Position numbers and translations under genes: made by a program. A stretch of 56,899 nt of DNA, counting the filler, from Sphacelaria rigidula (Eukaryota): assembly GCA_964200075.2 (NCBI GenBank). It is 5 parts of 5 records of this genome, joined end to end, with 100 filler letters (N's around TTAATTAATTAA, not from the genome) between each part and the next. Parts side by side here need not be neighbours in the genome. Positions count along the whole stretch, not along the records: positions 1 to 11,301 come from CAXNAA020005095.1; positions 11,402 to 22,701 come from CAXNAA020005096.1; 3 more parts are not named here. One strand, given 5' to 3'. Shown here piece after piece: positions 1 through 12,275 of this stretch. Each line of letters begins with the position of its first letter. The first letter of the stretch is position 1. The notes beneath the pieces were generated by a model that did no database searches, had not been told where the DNA came from, and was given only the letters and a program-made list of their open reading frames with translations.

Positions 1-76
1 GGGAGGACGGGATGGGCGGCGAGGGGGCCGGCGACGATCCAGGGGGCGGCGGGGCGCGGAAGGGCGGGGCGGAGCA

Positions 77-175
77 GGTACTCATTTGTTGCTCGCCTTA
101 GTTGTTTGACATTGACGACACATCTCTTTCGAGACGGAGCACCGTTCCTACTCCTGATAGAGCCACCTCTAAAAT
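77..175 (+). repeat. High-copy 'GGGG(TG)TACTCAT...GACGGAGCAC' dispersed repeat, probably a non-autonomous DNA transposon end
   Basis: GGTACTCATTTGTTGCTCGCCTTAGT...TTTCGAGACGGAGCACC recurs at 16717-16790 and 51300-51366, with variants at 11478-11570 (-), 34202-34250 (-), 45341-45500 (+) and 45601-45641 (-). It is usually next to G/C homopolymers. Confidence 0.75.
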
Positions 176-1209
176 TCTGGCGCTCATTACGTTTCTTCAA
201 TACATTACACAAAAAGGGGAGCGGGAGGGGGGGAATGGAAAACAAAGGGAAGGGAGCGAGTGGAAAAGGCAAAGATAAACGAGCAAATACATGACAAGGC
301 AAATAAAGGGGAGAGAGAGAGGGGTTGAAGGGGAGAACGAGTATATAACTGCAAATAGAGGCGAAAAAAGTTAAAAATACACAATCGAACACGTAAATAT
401 CAACACGCGGTAGAATATTACAAAAAAAAAACGTATTTTCGCACACGAAAGTAAGGCATCAAGCAAAACATCACTGCTTTCAACATTTGTGGAGCGCATT
501 TCAACGCACAACACCCCTTTCACTCAGACCCGCAGCCGACACACACAACGTACCTGTATACATACAAATTGGTACAGCAGGAGGGTAAATATATTGCTTG
601 AACAACATACATCCGACGGCGTAGGCAACAACACATGGCCTGACCGATATATGTTGGGTGCGGGGGCGAGCAGCAGCCATCTGCATGGCGTGAGTTTGGT
701 GAATTTTCACCAAAATCACTTTATTGCAACTGTGACTAATTCGTCTAAGAACCGACGATTCTGCATCAGCTCAGAGTCTACTGGTACAGAGCCGAGCACA
801 TAATCAATCGCTTGCTTTAGAACTAGGAGTCGGGCTATCGGGTAGCTCATGGATCAGGCGGGGTAGTGGAACTAGTGATCACGACGTGATCCACGCCGAT
901 GTATTTGCCGTTGGTCAGTATGTCGTTTCATACCACGACATCTGGAATCAAAAATAGCAAACAAACGCTAATCCGCCATCACAAAATATAAAGTATACCA
1001 TGGCTTGCAATCCAACTGCATGCGTGCTTGTGGGTCCGGACGTGAATAAAACGCACCGCAGTTTTTCGTTCCGCACGGAGAAATTTCCCTTTCCCCAAAC
1101 TGAGCAAAAAAACAAAAAATGCGCACATTTGATTCCATCGCTTTTTATTGCCGCTGGCCAAATTGTCTTTGATGAAGAAGGCCTCCATGGTTTGTTTGTT
1201 ATTATCGCC

Positions 1210-1500
1210 CTTTGAACTCCTCCCCTTCCCCGGGACAAATCCGTGGTCTCAAGGGATGATCCCATCTCTCCCCCGGTAGACGCCTTGCACTTTGGTCTCC
1301 CGGGTTGCGTCAGCACTACCGCACCGCGTTAACTCACGTCAAACAAACTCAGTCCAACTACTTTGTTTGCTCACGTGCTCACGCTCCTTACGGTGGAAAT
1401 CAGATATTACCAAGGAAAAAATCGACGCATCGGGAATCGAACCCTCGTTCTCTCCACCTTAATGGCGACAGTGGGACCATTATACCACCGGGGCGCGGCG
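1210..1500 (-). mobile_element. tRNA-derived SINE copy
   Basis: The minus strand begins CGCCGCGCCCCGGTGGTATAATGG (A box) and has GGTTCGATTCC (B box, ~1433-1443). It aligns over ~290 bp with 45670-45960. Confidence 0.8.
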
Positions 1501-1734
1501 GCCATGGTGCGTGCTGAAAATAGGGAGCAGGTCGCTGCTTACACCCTAGACGATCCAAATGTTTTCAATACAATATCGATACATCGAAATGGTGGTCGCG
1601 TAGTCTTCGCAATACATATCGTACACGACAATGTAGTGCACTAAAATATACCATCTTGTTGATTCTCTACTCATGTACTTGGAGCGCAGCCGGGTTAACG
1701 CGGGACTACTCTCGCGGCCTAGAGGTTAATCGGG

Positions 1735-3090
1735 GGTTTTTGCAGCCTCACCGTATCGCCTGTTCCGAGACCCCTGTACAGCGAGAGTACGTCGTCTGTT
1801 GAGTCGGCATCAATTGCATTAAAAAACATTATGCACCATCCAGATGGACTACGTTAATCCTTAAACACCGAACATTGCCTCGAAACAGTTTCACAGGCCG
1901 ACCGTCCGGAGACAATAGGAGGTTTCTAGGGGGTAGGGGTGTCTGTCCGTGGAGCAGCCGGAAAGCTCACGAAGTCAACCATGTGTGTTGGCAAGTTTCC
2001 CGCGGAAGATTGTAAGCCAGGAACCAAGCCTGAGAGGCGCGGAAGGACCATTCCGACCAATCACGGGTGTCGAAATGCTCACTTTGTTCTTCTACAGGTG
2101 AACTACAGGTGAACTTCTTCGCTGTCTAGCCGTATTTCTCGTTTTGATCACGGCAATTCAACCATAGATTACATGGGCTTACATTGCGTGTTTTTAACCC
2201 TGCTGGCGGTCTATGCCGCCTGCCTGACCCCTCATGTGTTGCCAGCATAGCTTCACACTGTCTGTAGTGCTGTTGTGAAACACTAAGCAGAGAATCAGCA
2301 GCATGCAGAAGGCTGAAATGTGTTCAATGGAGAACGTTGTACCCAGCGCATACATACAGCACACATGCTGACTCTGCACGCAACAGGCTGCGAGGTCAAA
2401 ACTGGTCAGGGGTTCTCCGGGCCCGTTTTCTATATGGATGCCAAACATCCCCATGGTCATGAAAAAGGTGTTTTGAGTAGCGAGAAAAGAGCTCTCCTCA
2501 GACCTAGATATGACATAGTCCAAGTCAGTCCACCTGGGGGGGGGCGCTGTCTAAGGGATAACCGGAATCTGTTCGCAGCCTCACCGTACCCTTGGACGGC
2601 GAGAGTAGGTCATCCGCTGAGTTGACATCAATTTCAGTCGAAGAAAACTGTGCATGATCCAGATGGACTGCCCTCGGGGCCAAGGGTTTAACGGGGATCT
2701 GTCAGAAGAGAGACGAAGCACCACTCTACTCAGGTTTGGTCTTTGCCTCTCCAGGAGAGATCCTCTACTCATGTAGCGGTCCCGGGTTGGCGGCTACACG
2801 ACACGTTCAGGCCGCCTCTCTTTCGTAGTCAGCGTTCATTTTCACACATCATCCTCGAATCCGACGCGGGAGCAACCACCCGACAGTGAGATGACAGAGC
2901 GTTCGAGAGCGGCGGCGCACTACGCGATTTCGTCACAATGTTGTTGGGGATACATTATTGTTGTACAGCGCATATCGCACCGCGTTCTACTGCGTACTAG
3001 CAGCGCACGTAGGTCGCGCCCCCCCGCTGCCCGATAGGTATCCTGGCCTTTCCCGCCTGGTTAGGTTAGGGTGGTGCGTGACACCAAAAT
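1735..3090. repeat. Long non-coding dispersed repeat, copy 1
   Basis: 1855-2560 is a diverged reverse-complement match to 9235-9995 (e.g. CTTCTTCGCTGTCTAGCCG at ~2114 vs CGGCTAGACAGCGAAGAAG at ~9698). There is an internal direct repeat, ~1740-1850 vs ~2575-2670. The outer limits, especially beyond 2670, are approximate. Confidence 0.65.
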
Positions 3091-3244
3091 ACACTGGGCT
3101 GCTCTGCATGTGTGTAGTAAGTAGTATTGGCAGACAACGGGAAACGTTTTTTTTTTAATCAAGGTGTATGGAGACACCGTCACCGTTTGCAAGCTGTATC
3201 ATCTCTCGGCATGCTTGTGTGAGGTAATTGACAGTGATCGCGTC

Positions 3245-3383
3245 CACACCCTGGACAATAGATTCTTTTGTACAAAAAATGTACTGCGTATGGTATGGAA
3301 TATATTGTCTATTGCAATAGGCGCAATAGTCGATACTGTACCCAGTACACTTTTTGACTGTGTATTCTGTTGTCCAGGGTGTG
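3245..3383. mobile_element. ~139-bp MITE with CACACCCTGGACAA TIR and 8-bp TSD, copy 1
   Basis: Starts CACACCCTGGACAA and ends TTGTCCAGGGTGTG. Perfect TSD ATCGCGTC at 3237-3244 and 3384-3391. Confidence 0.92.
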
Positions 3384-3659
3384 ATCGCGTCATCCTGTAA
3401 AAAGAGCTCACTGGAGAATATGATGCCGATGGGCCGTTTTTATGCTGATTATAATGTATTCGGATGAGGGCCGCGGTAATCGAAATTGAAGTATGGGACG
3501 GAAAAACAATACGCTGTTAACAATTCTGATAATGATGATGATGATGATGATGATGATGAAACGACGATGATATTGTGCAACCCGATGCGTACATTTATCT
3601 CTAAAATATGTTTCGAATACTTTGCCCCGTTCCGTTGACATATGCATAACACGTCATTA

Positions 3660-4180
3660 TTTTCCATGCCAAATTCACCCAGGACCTCTTCTAACCAACA
3701 ACAGGGCAACTTTCCACTCTTCTTACAAAGGAAGTAGAGCAGGTATAAGTGTCCCACAAAACTATGGACGATTGTTCGCAAATCTGTTCCACATTTAGGA
3801 AGCTTGTCACGCGCTCTATTTTCTATACAAACAGTGAAAGATGACCCCGCCGTTCGTGAACACCCATGGAATTCAACCTGGAGAACAGACGCAGAATTTG
3901 TGTGCATAGCTCGACTCCAAAGCGACGCCAACTCATTATCTAGAGAACATAGAGCAGGTGGAAAGTTAACCCATCGTTGGTGAAGGGGCCTTCGTCAGGT
4001 ACCATAGGAAGACACTCCCGTCATGCTGCAACAACTCTGCGAATCCCACCCATAGGAGACAATCACCAATTGGCATGTGCCATGCAAACGTTTGGAAAAT
4101 GGATTCCTGCGCCTAAGCAACTCATTATAACCGTGTACAGAACACGATCAATGAGGGAGAAGGATCGCTGAATCCGTCTC
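3660..4180 (-). pseudogene. Degenerate coding remnant, possibly a DUF6729-like transposon protein
   Basis: Broken frames read HANW*LSPMGGIRRVV... and RWVNFPPALCSLDNELASLWSRAMHTNSASVLQVEFH. Family assignment is by motif resemblance only. Confidence 0.3.
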
Positions 4181-4524
4181 GAGATAAAACAAGTAGGAAG
4201 GTGAAGTACCAAAACAAAATAGACAGTCAACTTAAACCCCTGTGTTGACCTTTCCCCTGTGTAACCCCGGCTGATGCGCCCACATACACCGAAAGGTGTA
4301 GACTGGTGTCCAGGATAGATAAATGGGATGAGAACAGTTGACACTTGGTTGGTCGCACCGTGACGGTCTGGGCCGCGCTCTATCGACCAGAAGCAGTAGT
4401 TCGAGTAGTACTGTCGGTGTCCCTCTGCGGCAGAAAATTTATCGCTCTGGCTTATGGAAGTATCAAACAGTGACATATCCGCTCGCAAAAGCCAGGATGT
4501 ATTGGTCATGCACACATGCAACTA

Positions 4525-4860
4525 CATTTTGCAAGGTTGTGTTCTGTGGGGTATGCAATATCTTACAGAACTTACAGAACATGTCAGGGTACGATAATGA
4601 GGTTGTACAGAAACTCTCACCCGCAGTCAGGGTACTTCTACAAATATAGGCCCGTGGATCGGGTAACGGTAAACATTGCGTACAAATGGTACCTAACTGT
4701 CGGGTACCGGTATGGGAGACTTACAGAACTCATAGAACTATCGGATACCGGTGTAAGGGGCTTGCAGAATTCACAGAAGGGTCGGGTAGGGGTAATACCC
4801 GGGAAAATACTCTGGGTTTACAGAAAATCGTACCCTGCGAAACACAACCTTGCAAATATG
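4525..4860. mobile_element. MITE with ~28-bp imperfect TIRs and internal (T)ACAGAA sub-repeats
   Basis: CATTTTGCAAGGTTGTGTTCTGTGGGGTA at the left pairs with TACCCTGCGAAACACAACCTTGCAAATATG at the right. Several ACAGAA motifs lie inside. Confidence 0.8.
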
Positions 4861-5194
4861 AGCTCAGGCTCCGTTTCCGATACATGGTGCTTCCACATTT
4901 ATGGTCGCCGCACATGTGCGACAAAAAGGTATGTACTTGTTCGGCAACATACTCGGCACCCACGTTCCCAATATATATATATATATATTAGTACAAGGTT
5001 CCCCTTCGGGAGGTTGGTGCGGGCCTCTCGGGTGTGACGCAAGTCGAAAATATATGGTCAAGAGAGGCTGTTGTACCTCAAGGTACAGCAGTAATCGTGG
5101 CTGTACGAAACATCGCATGTGTTATCGGATGTCGTTCGGAAATGTGGAAATTCGGACGGAGGCCGACGGCGGAACCGCCGGCGTAGGACACGTG

Positions 5195-6899
5195 AACACG
5201 CGGCCATTCGGCTACCGTCGAAGATCCTCTAGGGGATTTTCCAAACGTCATCCCTCAGTTCCGTCCGTTTGGAAATCCACACTAGAGGATCTCGCGTATT
5301 TGCAATCCTCTAGAGGATTTTCATGTTGGGTCTCCCTCAAAGGTCTATGTCGATATCGAACTCCTCTGGATTGTTTTTGAAGGCGCTCGTGCTACGAAAA
5401 TCCGGAATCTGAGCGGCCTCTGCTGTTCGAAATGCCTCCTTTATGCTCGATTTCAAATTTGGGATCGGGCATAAAGGATTTATCTCGAACAGCAGAGGCT
5501 GTTAGAAATAGATCCTCGTTCTCCCCGCCAAGTCATCTTGAAATTCGGCGAAAACAAAAAATCATTTGCGAGTGGCCTCTGCTTCAAGTCTCACATACTG
5601 TACCGTAATCAGCATTTCGGATTCGAGAGGCAGCAGAGATTATTGAAAATTCATTCTCTCGACCCCCAATTCATGTACCAATTAGGCGAAAATAAATAAT
5701 TATTCAACAGCCTCCGCTGTATACAAATCCCATACACGGATTGCGAGTTTATGTCCACACGGCCGCGCTGTACCGGGTACAGCTTTATACGAAGTGTCAG
5801 CACATACCTCGCAAATCTATTCATGTGAGTCCTGAAAACCCCGTAGTCCAGTGTCTACTGAAACAACACACCAGAGCATTTTTTCGATCAAAAACGCGAA
5901 AAAAATCTGAACACGGTCTATTCTGTACCTTGATGGCGGGGGTATGATCACAACAATAAGCACGGTGTGGTGCTATACTGGACTGTACAACACCGTGCGC
6001 AGGACAGTACCATATCGTGCTTATGCGTGCGGTGCCATATACTCCAGAGTTAGCGCGGCATATGCGCTACGTATTGCTATACAAATATTGCCGATGCCTG
6101 TAACTTTGGATATATGGGGGTGTTATATACCATCAGCTACTGCACTGTACACGCACGTTCGTGCAGCAGCATGCGCACAACTGCACCGTCAGTAGGGCGT
6201 AAAAGGGAAGCGGGCAAAGTACAGCACAGAAAGCGCAGGATAATATATGTTCTCTGCTTACAGTGCGACGTGAGAAGGACTTGAACAACGTGCAGCTTAG
6301 TACTGCCTGCACCGTCCAAGAGTTTGTATGCAATAAGCCGGTTATTGCCCGCACCCTACCCCGTGTGGTTCGTCGCCGCGCGATTCCGCGACAGACCATG
6401 AAACAAGATTCTCAGTAAGTTTCAACCAACAAGAAATACGTCATACCCAACTACGGCAGAGTGTATCTATATTCCTGTGCCCAACTCGTGCTCTTTTCTG
6501 CAGGGTTGTGGCGATAGCTGGGTATGAGAGTTGTGGGGCTTGCATGGTTCGATCTGTGAACGGCGGCGGGTGATATACAAAACAAGATTGCTGGGGTCCC
6601 AAAGGTGCCCTGAAGGCGGTTAGGACACAAGTGTCGTCCAGGGGTTTGATGTAGTGCGAACTCCAGAGGTAAATTTACACCCTGGAGAGTATTGTTTCCC
6701 GAAAATTCTCCAGAGGCACCCTCAGTAAAATTATGTGCTCAAGGGGATCATGTGCCCTCAAGCGGCTTTGTTTACTGTCCACTCCGGAGGCATCATGAAC
6801 CACCAGACAAAATGTTATCCTCCGGAGGGTCATTTGGCCCTTTAGAGGATAAAAATCACGATAGGGGATCTTCAAACAGGAGCCGAATGGCCGCATGTG
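5195..6899 (+). mobile_element. Non-autonomous CACTA/CMC-like DNA transposon, copy A
   Basis: TIRs (A)ACACGCGGCCATTCGGCT and AGCCGAATGGCCGCATGTG match at 17/19. Flanked by TG/TG (2-bp TSD). Palindromic CCTCTAGAGG-type subterminal repeats. Homologous in reverse to 24577-25801. Confidence 0.75.
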
Positions 6900-8134
6900 T
6901 GAGGTATTTCCGAGGTGCCAGAGTGCGAAATAGCTCTCGTGCCACGAAGACATGACAGCGGGAGGTACTCCCGAAAGATTGGAATGCGTGGAACATTCTT
7001 GGTATGTTCTTCGTACATCACTGTGGCTTCCACATCACCGGGCCTTTTTTGAAAACAGGGTGACTATTTTTGCGACAAAACATTCCTGTGCTGTTGTACT
7101 GCTGCGCCTTGTTTAACTCGCCAACGGCTCACCGCACGGTCTTGTGTTCGCTGGTGACTAAGGCCAAGGCAATGTTCAATTGTTTTCTACTGCTTTGCTC
7201 TCATGTTCTCGTGACATTGGCCGCATAACCGGTGTGCTCGTTCTCCCAAATGAACGAAAACGCGACAAAGAGGAACACGGGGAAAAAATACCCCGCCAAT
7301 AGTAATCCCGTTTCAATTTTCCCACGATCTTCAGTTTTCGTGGTTCGGGTTCTCATTTCAAGTTTTCCGTGAGCTTGAGAAGGCTTTTGTGGTTCGGGAT
7401 CGACACCGCGCGAAAAAGGGCCAGTTTGAGCGACTTTTGGTGGCCAGAACACGCGCCAAAGGTATCAGATGACACCCAAACCTGAACGGTAATGTACCGC
7501 TGAGCCTTTCCAGTGCCCTGCAAAAGAAAGCGCGGGAAAAAGTGCCTTGCCGCCAGAGAAAACTCGGCAAAAGTGGTGAAAAATGTGAAATGATACATGT
7601 ACATACATATTAAACTCGGGCACGGCAATACGCTTGGAACTCACGCGCCCAAATATTTATCGGCCAGACAATAAGTTGTCCCCCACACGGTCCGACGTAT
7701 ATTGGTCCAGCAATATGTTGTCGCTCACGTTTTCTCCTCTACTTTCCTTTTCCCTTGTACTTTTTTTTTTTTTCCCCTTTTTGTTTGTTCATCTGTGTGT
7801 GTTTGTTCTCCCGTCTCGCGTCAATGCTTAGTTAACCCAGTTTGTTCTATTTTCCGTCGAAGCGGTTTTAATATCAAGTATGCTCAGGAAAGCAAATGAA
7901 AAGCATCCAATGAGAAGACTCGGGGGCACTTTTTCCTTGAATTGCCCAAATCGGCTCCCTTTGGTCTAAGGCGAGCCCGAGTATCCGCTGTGCTCGCCCT
8001 ATTTGGTTGCCAAGATCGTTCGCTTTGTTATTTATCGAATGGCTCAGAGGATAATGCCCAGCAAACACTGTATCGGGAGAACGATTGGTTGATACCTCTT
8101 CACCACGAACTGGTATCGAGTAACTGGGTGGTGG

Positions 8135-8190
<56 letters not shown>
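8135..8190. repeat. (GAT)n microsatellite
   Basis: About 18 tandem GAT units. It produces the spurious poly-M, poly-H and poly-S ORFs. Confidence 0.95.
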
Positions 8191-8268
8191 GGGGAGGGGA
8201 GGGAGGGGGAAAAGCCAATGATAAAAGTAGCAGAAAACACGCCTCCACTTCACTGATCTTGCACTCAC

Positions 8269-10951
8269 CACTGATTGCAATGTTGTAGGTAATAACATCA
8301 GGCTTGGGAAGCCTCAACGGAAACCCCTGCTCTCCCGTCACCGCGACATCTCCCGCTCCTCCTTGCCCCCCCCGCGCCTTTACCCCTCCACCACCACCAC
8401 GATCTCCCGCACCGGTCCCCGAAACTGTGTCCAGAACCTTCGCAGGAACATTCCTCATTCCTCGAGCGCTCGCAATGCCTCCACTATCACCGCCACCGCC
8501 ACCCCCGATGGCCGCTTCAGCGCCGCAAACGTCCGTGAGATAGGTTCCTCTCTGCATCTGACTCAGGAGCTGCAATGTTTCCATCCATCGCCCGCTTTTG
8601 GAGAAAGCCGACATGGCAGCGTTTACGGAGATGACGTTGAGCGGCAGACCCACGCGCCCCGCTTCAGCGATCAGGGCTGTTTGGCGGGGAAGCGTGGGGG
8701 AGAAAGTAAGGAGGGAGAGGGGGGGTACTCACGTTTTGTCACATTAAACTACGGAATGGAAGCTAAAAGTAACGGTCTAAATTATTATATTCAAAGTTAT
8801 GACCTAATGCAGGAGCGGTATAAAGCACCATGGGTATGAATCACATATGGTTGGTCGTACGTCCGAAGTAACGAGAGGCGTGGTGAAAAGGCTTGGAAAT
8901 CGAATAATAGTGTAGGGGGCAAGCTTCACGCTCTCAATCTTCGGAGCGGACTTTGTGCGTCCATACTGCAATGCCAATTGATTTACGCTTTTGTTCTTGA
9001 TCCATAAATCTTGTTCTCATACTTCGCTCACGTGTTGAAAGACCAGTAATGAAGTAAAAGAAAAAAAGAAAATACCCTCCCCTCCCCCCCCCTCCCACCC
9101 CTTCCGCCCCCACTCCCCCAGCAAGTACATTTTTGGGCAAGGAGGTAGTTACGCAAATGTGATATTCAAGCACTGGAGCAAGACGATTCGACAAGGAGGC
9201 ACAGATTCGGAATTTAATACAGAGGGTCCGCACGGGGTTTGAATCCTTAAGCAGGGACCCCTCCCGCAGGTGGGCTGAGACGGACCATGCCATACTTGGG
9301 GTTCATAACAGCTCTTTTCTCGCTACACAGCGCGCCTTTTCTCATGAACTCGTGGATGTTGAGCATCTATACAGAAAGCAGTCCACGAGAACCCCTGACC
9401 ACTTCTGACCTTACAACCCATTGCGTATAAAGTCAGGACGTGTGGTAGGTATGTCTTCGCTAGATACAACGGCAATAAACATTCAGCGTGCCATCGCTCC
9501 CCACTGAAGACAGTCTACGGTATGCTGCTAATATCTCTGCTTAGTGTTCCGCAGCAACACTACAGGCAATGTGAAGCTACGCTGGCAACACAAGAGGGGT
9601 CGAGCAGGCGGCAAAGATCACGAGCAGTGTAAACAGCACGTGGCGTGTGCTCCTCATGTCATCTATGGTTGAATTGTAACGACCAAAATGAGAAATGCGG
9701 CTAGACAGCGAAGAAGTCCACTTGTGGTCCACCTGTGGGGTAACAAAGTGATCATTCTGATAGCCGTGATTGGTTAGAATGGTCACCCCGCTCCTCACGG
9801 GCCTCGTTCCTGGCTTAGAATTTTCCGTGGGAAACTTCCGAACACACGCGGTTGACTTGATGAGCATTTCGGCCGTTCTGTGAACAGGCCCCGACCCCCG
9901 TGAAAAAAAAACGCCCCACGGAAAGACGCGGGTGTCCCTGGACTGCCAGCCTGAGAGCCTGTTCCGAGGTGACGCTCGCTGTCTAAGGGTCAAGTAAATG
10001 AATGCAATTTGCTGGATCTCTGTTCGCTCTTCTGATTTCAAGCATTTCGGATTCTCGTCGGGATATGGGGCATTCAGTCATTCCCCATCATCTTTGAACG
10101 TCATGTTGAAGAAGTAATACATTCAGATCAGACTATCTGCTTTTATTCAAGATCTGCGCACTACCATTCCAGACGTGCGGCCAGAATATTTCAGAACAAG
10201 ACTCGTTTGCCGACCCCAGGAGAAAGTCGGAACAGTGGGAAAATACACTTTTTCAGAACATTTCCGCGAATACCCAATTAAAATAAATATCTCATTCGGC
10301 TCATCACAAAACAGATGAGGGCTGAGTAAGGGGTTCAATTTCTCACAGATACATTCATATACGCCTTCCTTTTTCTTCTCAGGAGCGTCTGATTGCCTTC
10401 ACTAGCAACTTGATGACGTAAGAATCGGCGCGGTCTGGAAGTGCTGGTCATGATTCACCCCGCGATACAAAAATGTAAGGCAAGTACCGGGCGAGAGATT
10501 GATCTTTGCCCCGGCAAAACGGACTCGTCCGCAGGAAGGGGGAGAGTTGAAAAGTGTGATGAAAAACGAAGGGCTGGACTCCTTTGCGCAAAACCTTCAT
10601 GTTCTTCAAACGAGGAGAGCGTTATATTTCAAATAAGACTAAAAAAACCCGGCAATAATCATATTGCTATTCTACACACCCTGGATAATAGATTACATTA
10701 TCAAAAAATGTACTGCGTACAGTATGGGATCTATTGTTTATTGCAATAGACGCAATAGTCGATACTGTACGCAGTACACTTTTTTGGCAATGCAGCATAG
10801 TGTCCAGGGTGTGCTATTCTACGGAATCAAAAATAATACCTGACACAGCATTTCATATCGCTATTCTACGAAAATAAATGTAATACCTGGAACCGCCTTC
10901 CAGAGACGTGTGCTCGACAGAGTGGTCATCGCCATCGTGAACTTCCTCTGC
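8269..10951 (-). CDS. Pentatricopeptide repeat (PPR) protein, partial (internal exons 10951-10887 and 8676-8269)
   Basis: Both exons have AG acceptors and GT donors, and they join in phase 1: RQRKFTMAMTTLSSTRLWKAVP-A-LIAEAGRVGLPLNVISVNAAMSAFSKSGRWMETLQLLSQMQRG...(Gly-rich linker)...PKPDVITYNIAIS. These are typical PPR helix motifs. The 5' and 3' exons were not found in this contig. Confidence 0.85.
9235..9995. repeat. Long non-coding dispersed repeat, copy 2 (inverted relative to 1855-2560)
   Basis: Continuous diverged reverse-complement similarity to 1855-2560. It lies in the PPR intron. Confidence 0.75.
10430..10570 (+). mobile_element. 5'-truncated SINE fragment (3' body)
   Basis: CAAAAATGTAAGGCAAGTACCGGGCGAGAGATTGAT...GGAAGGGGGAGAGTTGAAAAGTGTGA matches ~45875-45968. 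Confidence 0.65.
10675..10813. mobile_element. ~139-bp CACACCCTGG MITE, copy 2
   Basis: Same TIRs as 3245-3383. Perfect 8-bp TSD CTATTCTA at 10667-10674 and 10814-10821. Confidence 0.92.
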
Positions 10952-11301
10952 CTGCGGTGGCCATTGTTACACACACACCGGAACAAAACGGAGCAAAACA
11001 GAGCAAAACGGAACCGACCACAACAAAACAGAGAACAATACGACACGAAGCGGCGATGAAGATTAACGAAGTCTTTTTTTTTTCATTTTATGCGCAGTAT
11101 ACATGCCGCATGTGAAAAGGATGAGACACAACGGCGGGATAACCACGCAGGAGTGTGGAATCCCAGCTCTGTTTCGTGTTCTTTCCTGCTGTACTTTCAC
11201 TCCCCTCCCCCCCCCTCCCCCCCCCCCCCCCCCCCCCCCCCTCCTCTCACCCGCCCCCCTCCCCCACAACTAACGAATTCCTTTCCCCCCCCCCCCCTTC
11301 C

Positions 11302-11401
11302 NNNNNNNNNNNNNNNNNNNNNNNNNNNNNNNNNNNNNNNNNNNNTTAATTAATTAANNNNNNNNNNNNNNNNNNNNNNNNNNNNNNNNNNNNNNNNNNN
11401 N
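11302..11401. other. Artificial contig linker (44 N + TTAATTAATTAA + 44 N)
   Basis: N run with a 12-mer that has stops in all six frames. Identical to the three other linkers. Confidence 0.98.
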
Positions 11402-11477
11402 GACCGTGCTGTGGCACGGCGGGGCGCCAGAGCCACGCGGGGGCGCGCGCCCGCCCCCCCCCCCCCCCCCCCCCCCC

Positions 11478-11570
11478 GAACCGGGGTGCTCCGTCCCGGC
11501 TTTGTAGGGATGCGAGGTCAATGGTCTGGTCTGATGACTAAGGCATGCATGATCATGAGTACACCCCCCC
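11478..11570 (-). repeat. GGGGTGTACTCAT family repeat
   Basis: Reverse complement GGGGGGTGTACTCATGATCATGCATGCCTTAGTC...CATCCCTACAAAGCCGGGACGGAGCAC matches 45350-45420. Confidence 0.75.
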
Positions 11571-11847
11571 GAACCGGCCAAAAACGTGCACGTAGGCGAT
11601 GATCATGAATGCCGTCAGAGCTGGTTTCGTGTCGCACGACGCGACTCATTTGGGCGTTATAGCTGTTTTCGGACTGCAACACGCTCTCATGTGAGCGAAA
11701 TTGCTGCAAACGAGCCCAGTAGTGGAATCGCATCCGGTTTGTCGGACGGTGTCCGGTGCATTTTTCTTTGCGGGGCTATCTCGGCAATAGGCACGATGAC
11801 GAGCGACATGGTTGTACACTCCTCGTCGCGCTTTTCCTGCTATGCTG

Positions 11848-12275
11848 CAGGGTTAGAAAAACTCTGCGCGGGCCTGCGCTGGCGCAGATATTAAGAAAGG
11901 GTGGCCGGTGCCCAGCTGTTGGAAGTTTCTCTCTGCGGCTTGCCGCAAGAAAAAAAGTTGGGCCGCACTTTTTTCGCCGGAAGCGCATTTTTTTCTGCCG
12001 CCCTAATTTTCTCGCCGGACTAGAGAAAATATTTTCGGGGTGTTTATTTTCGCTGCGTGGCTCATACCGTCGGAATTGCCCCATTTTGGCAAAAGCTAGG
12101 CGTCTTTTTGAAAGGAAAACCCGAACAAAATTCGCTCCACGGGGCCCCTCCAGAGGGGGCTTACGCGGCCGGCACCTTCCGGGGGCCCTCCCGGGGCCCT
12201 TGTGGAGGGCCGCATGTCGCCTTCGGCTCCCGCCTGCGCAAGCGCAGGTGAAGCCAGCGGAGTTTTCTAACCCTG
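11848..12275. mobile_element. hAT-like MITE
   Basis: TIRs CAGGGTTAGAAAA and TTTTCTAACCCTG with subterminal CTGCGC..GCGCAG palindromes. The 8-bp TSD CTATGCTG/CTGTGCTG matches at 7/8. Confidence 0.88.

Noticed and set aside
7874-8298. Poly-His, poly-Met and poly-Ser ORFs, including the C-terminal half of ORF 7874-8653
   Set aside because: These are translations of an intronic (GAT)n microsatellite. The real exon ends at the GTGAGT donor at 8268.
11531-11545. Hammerhead ribozyme core (CTGATGA)
   Set aside because: No matching GAAA core or three-stem arrangement here or at the other CTGATGA sites I checked.
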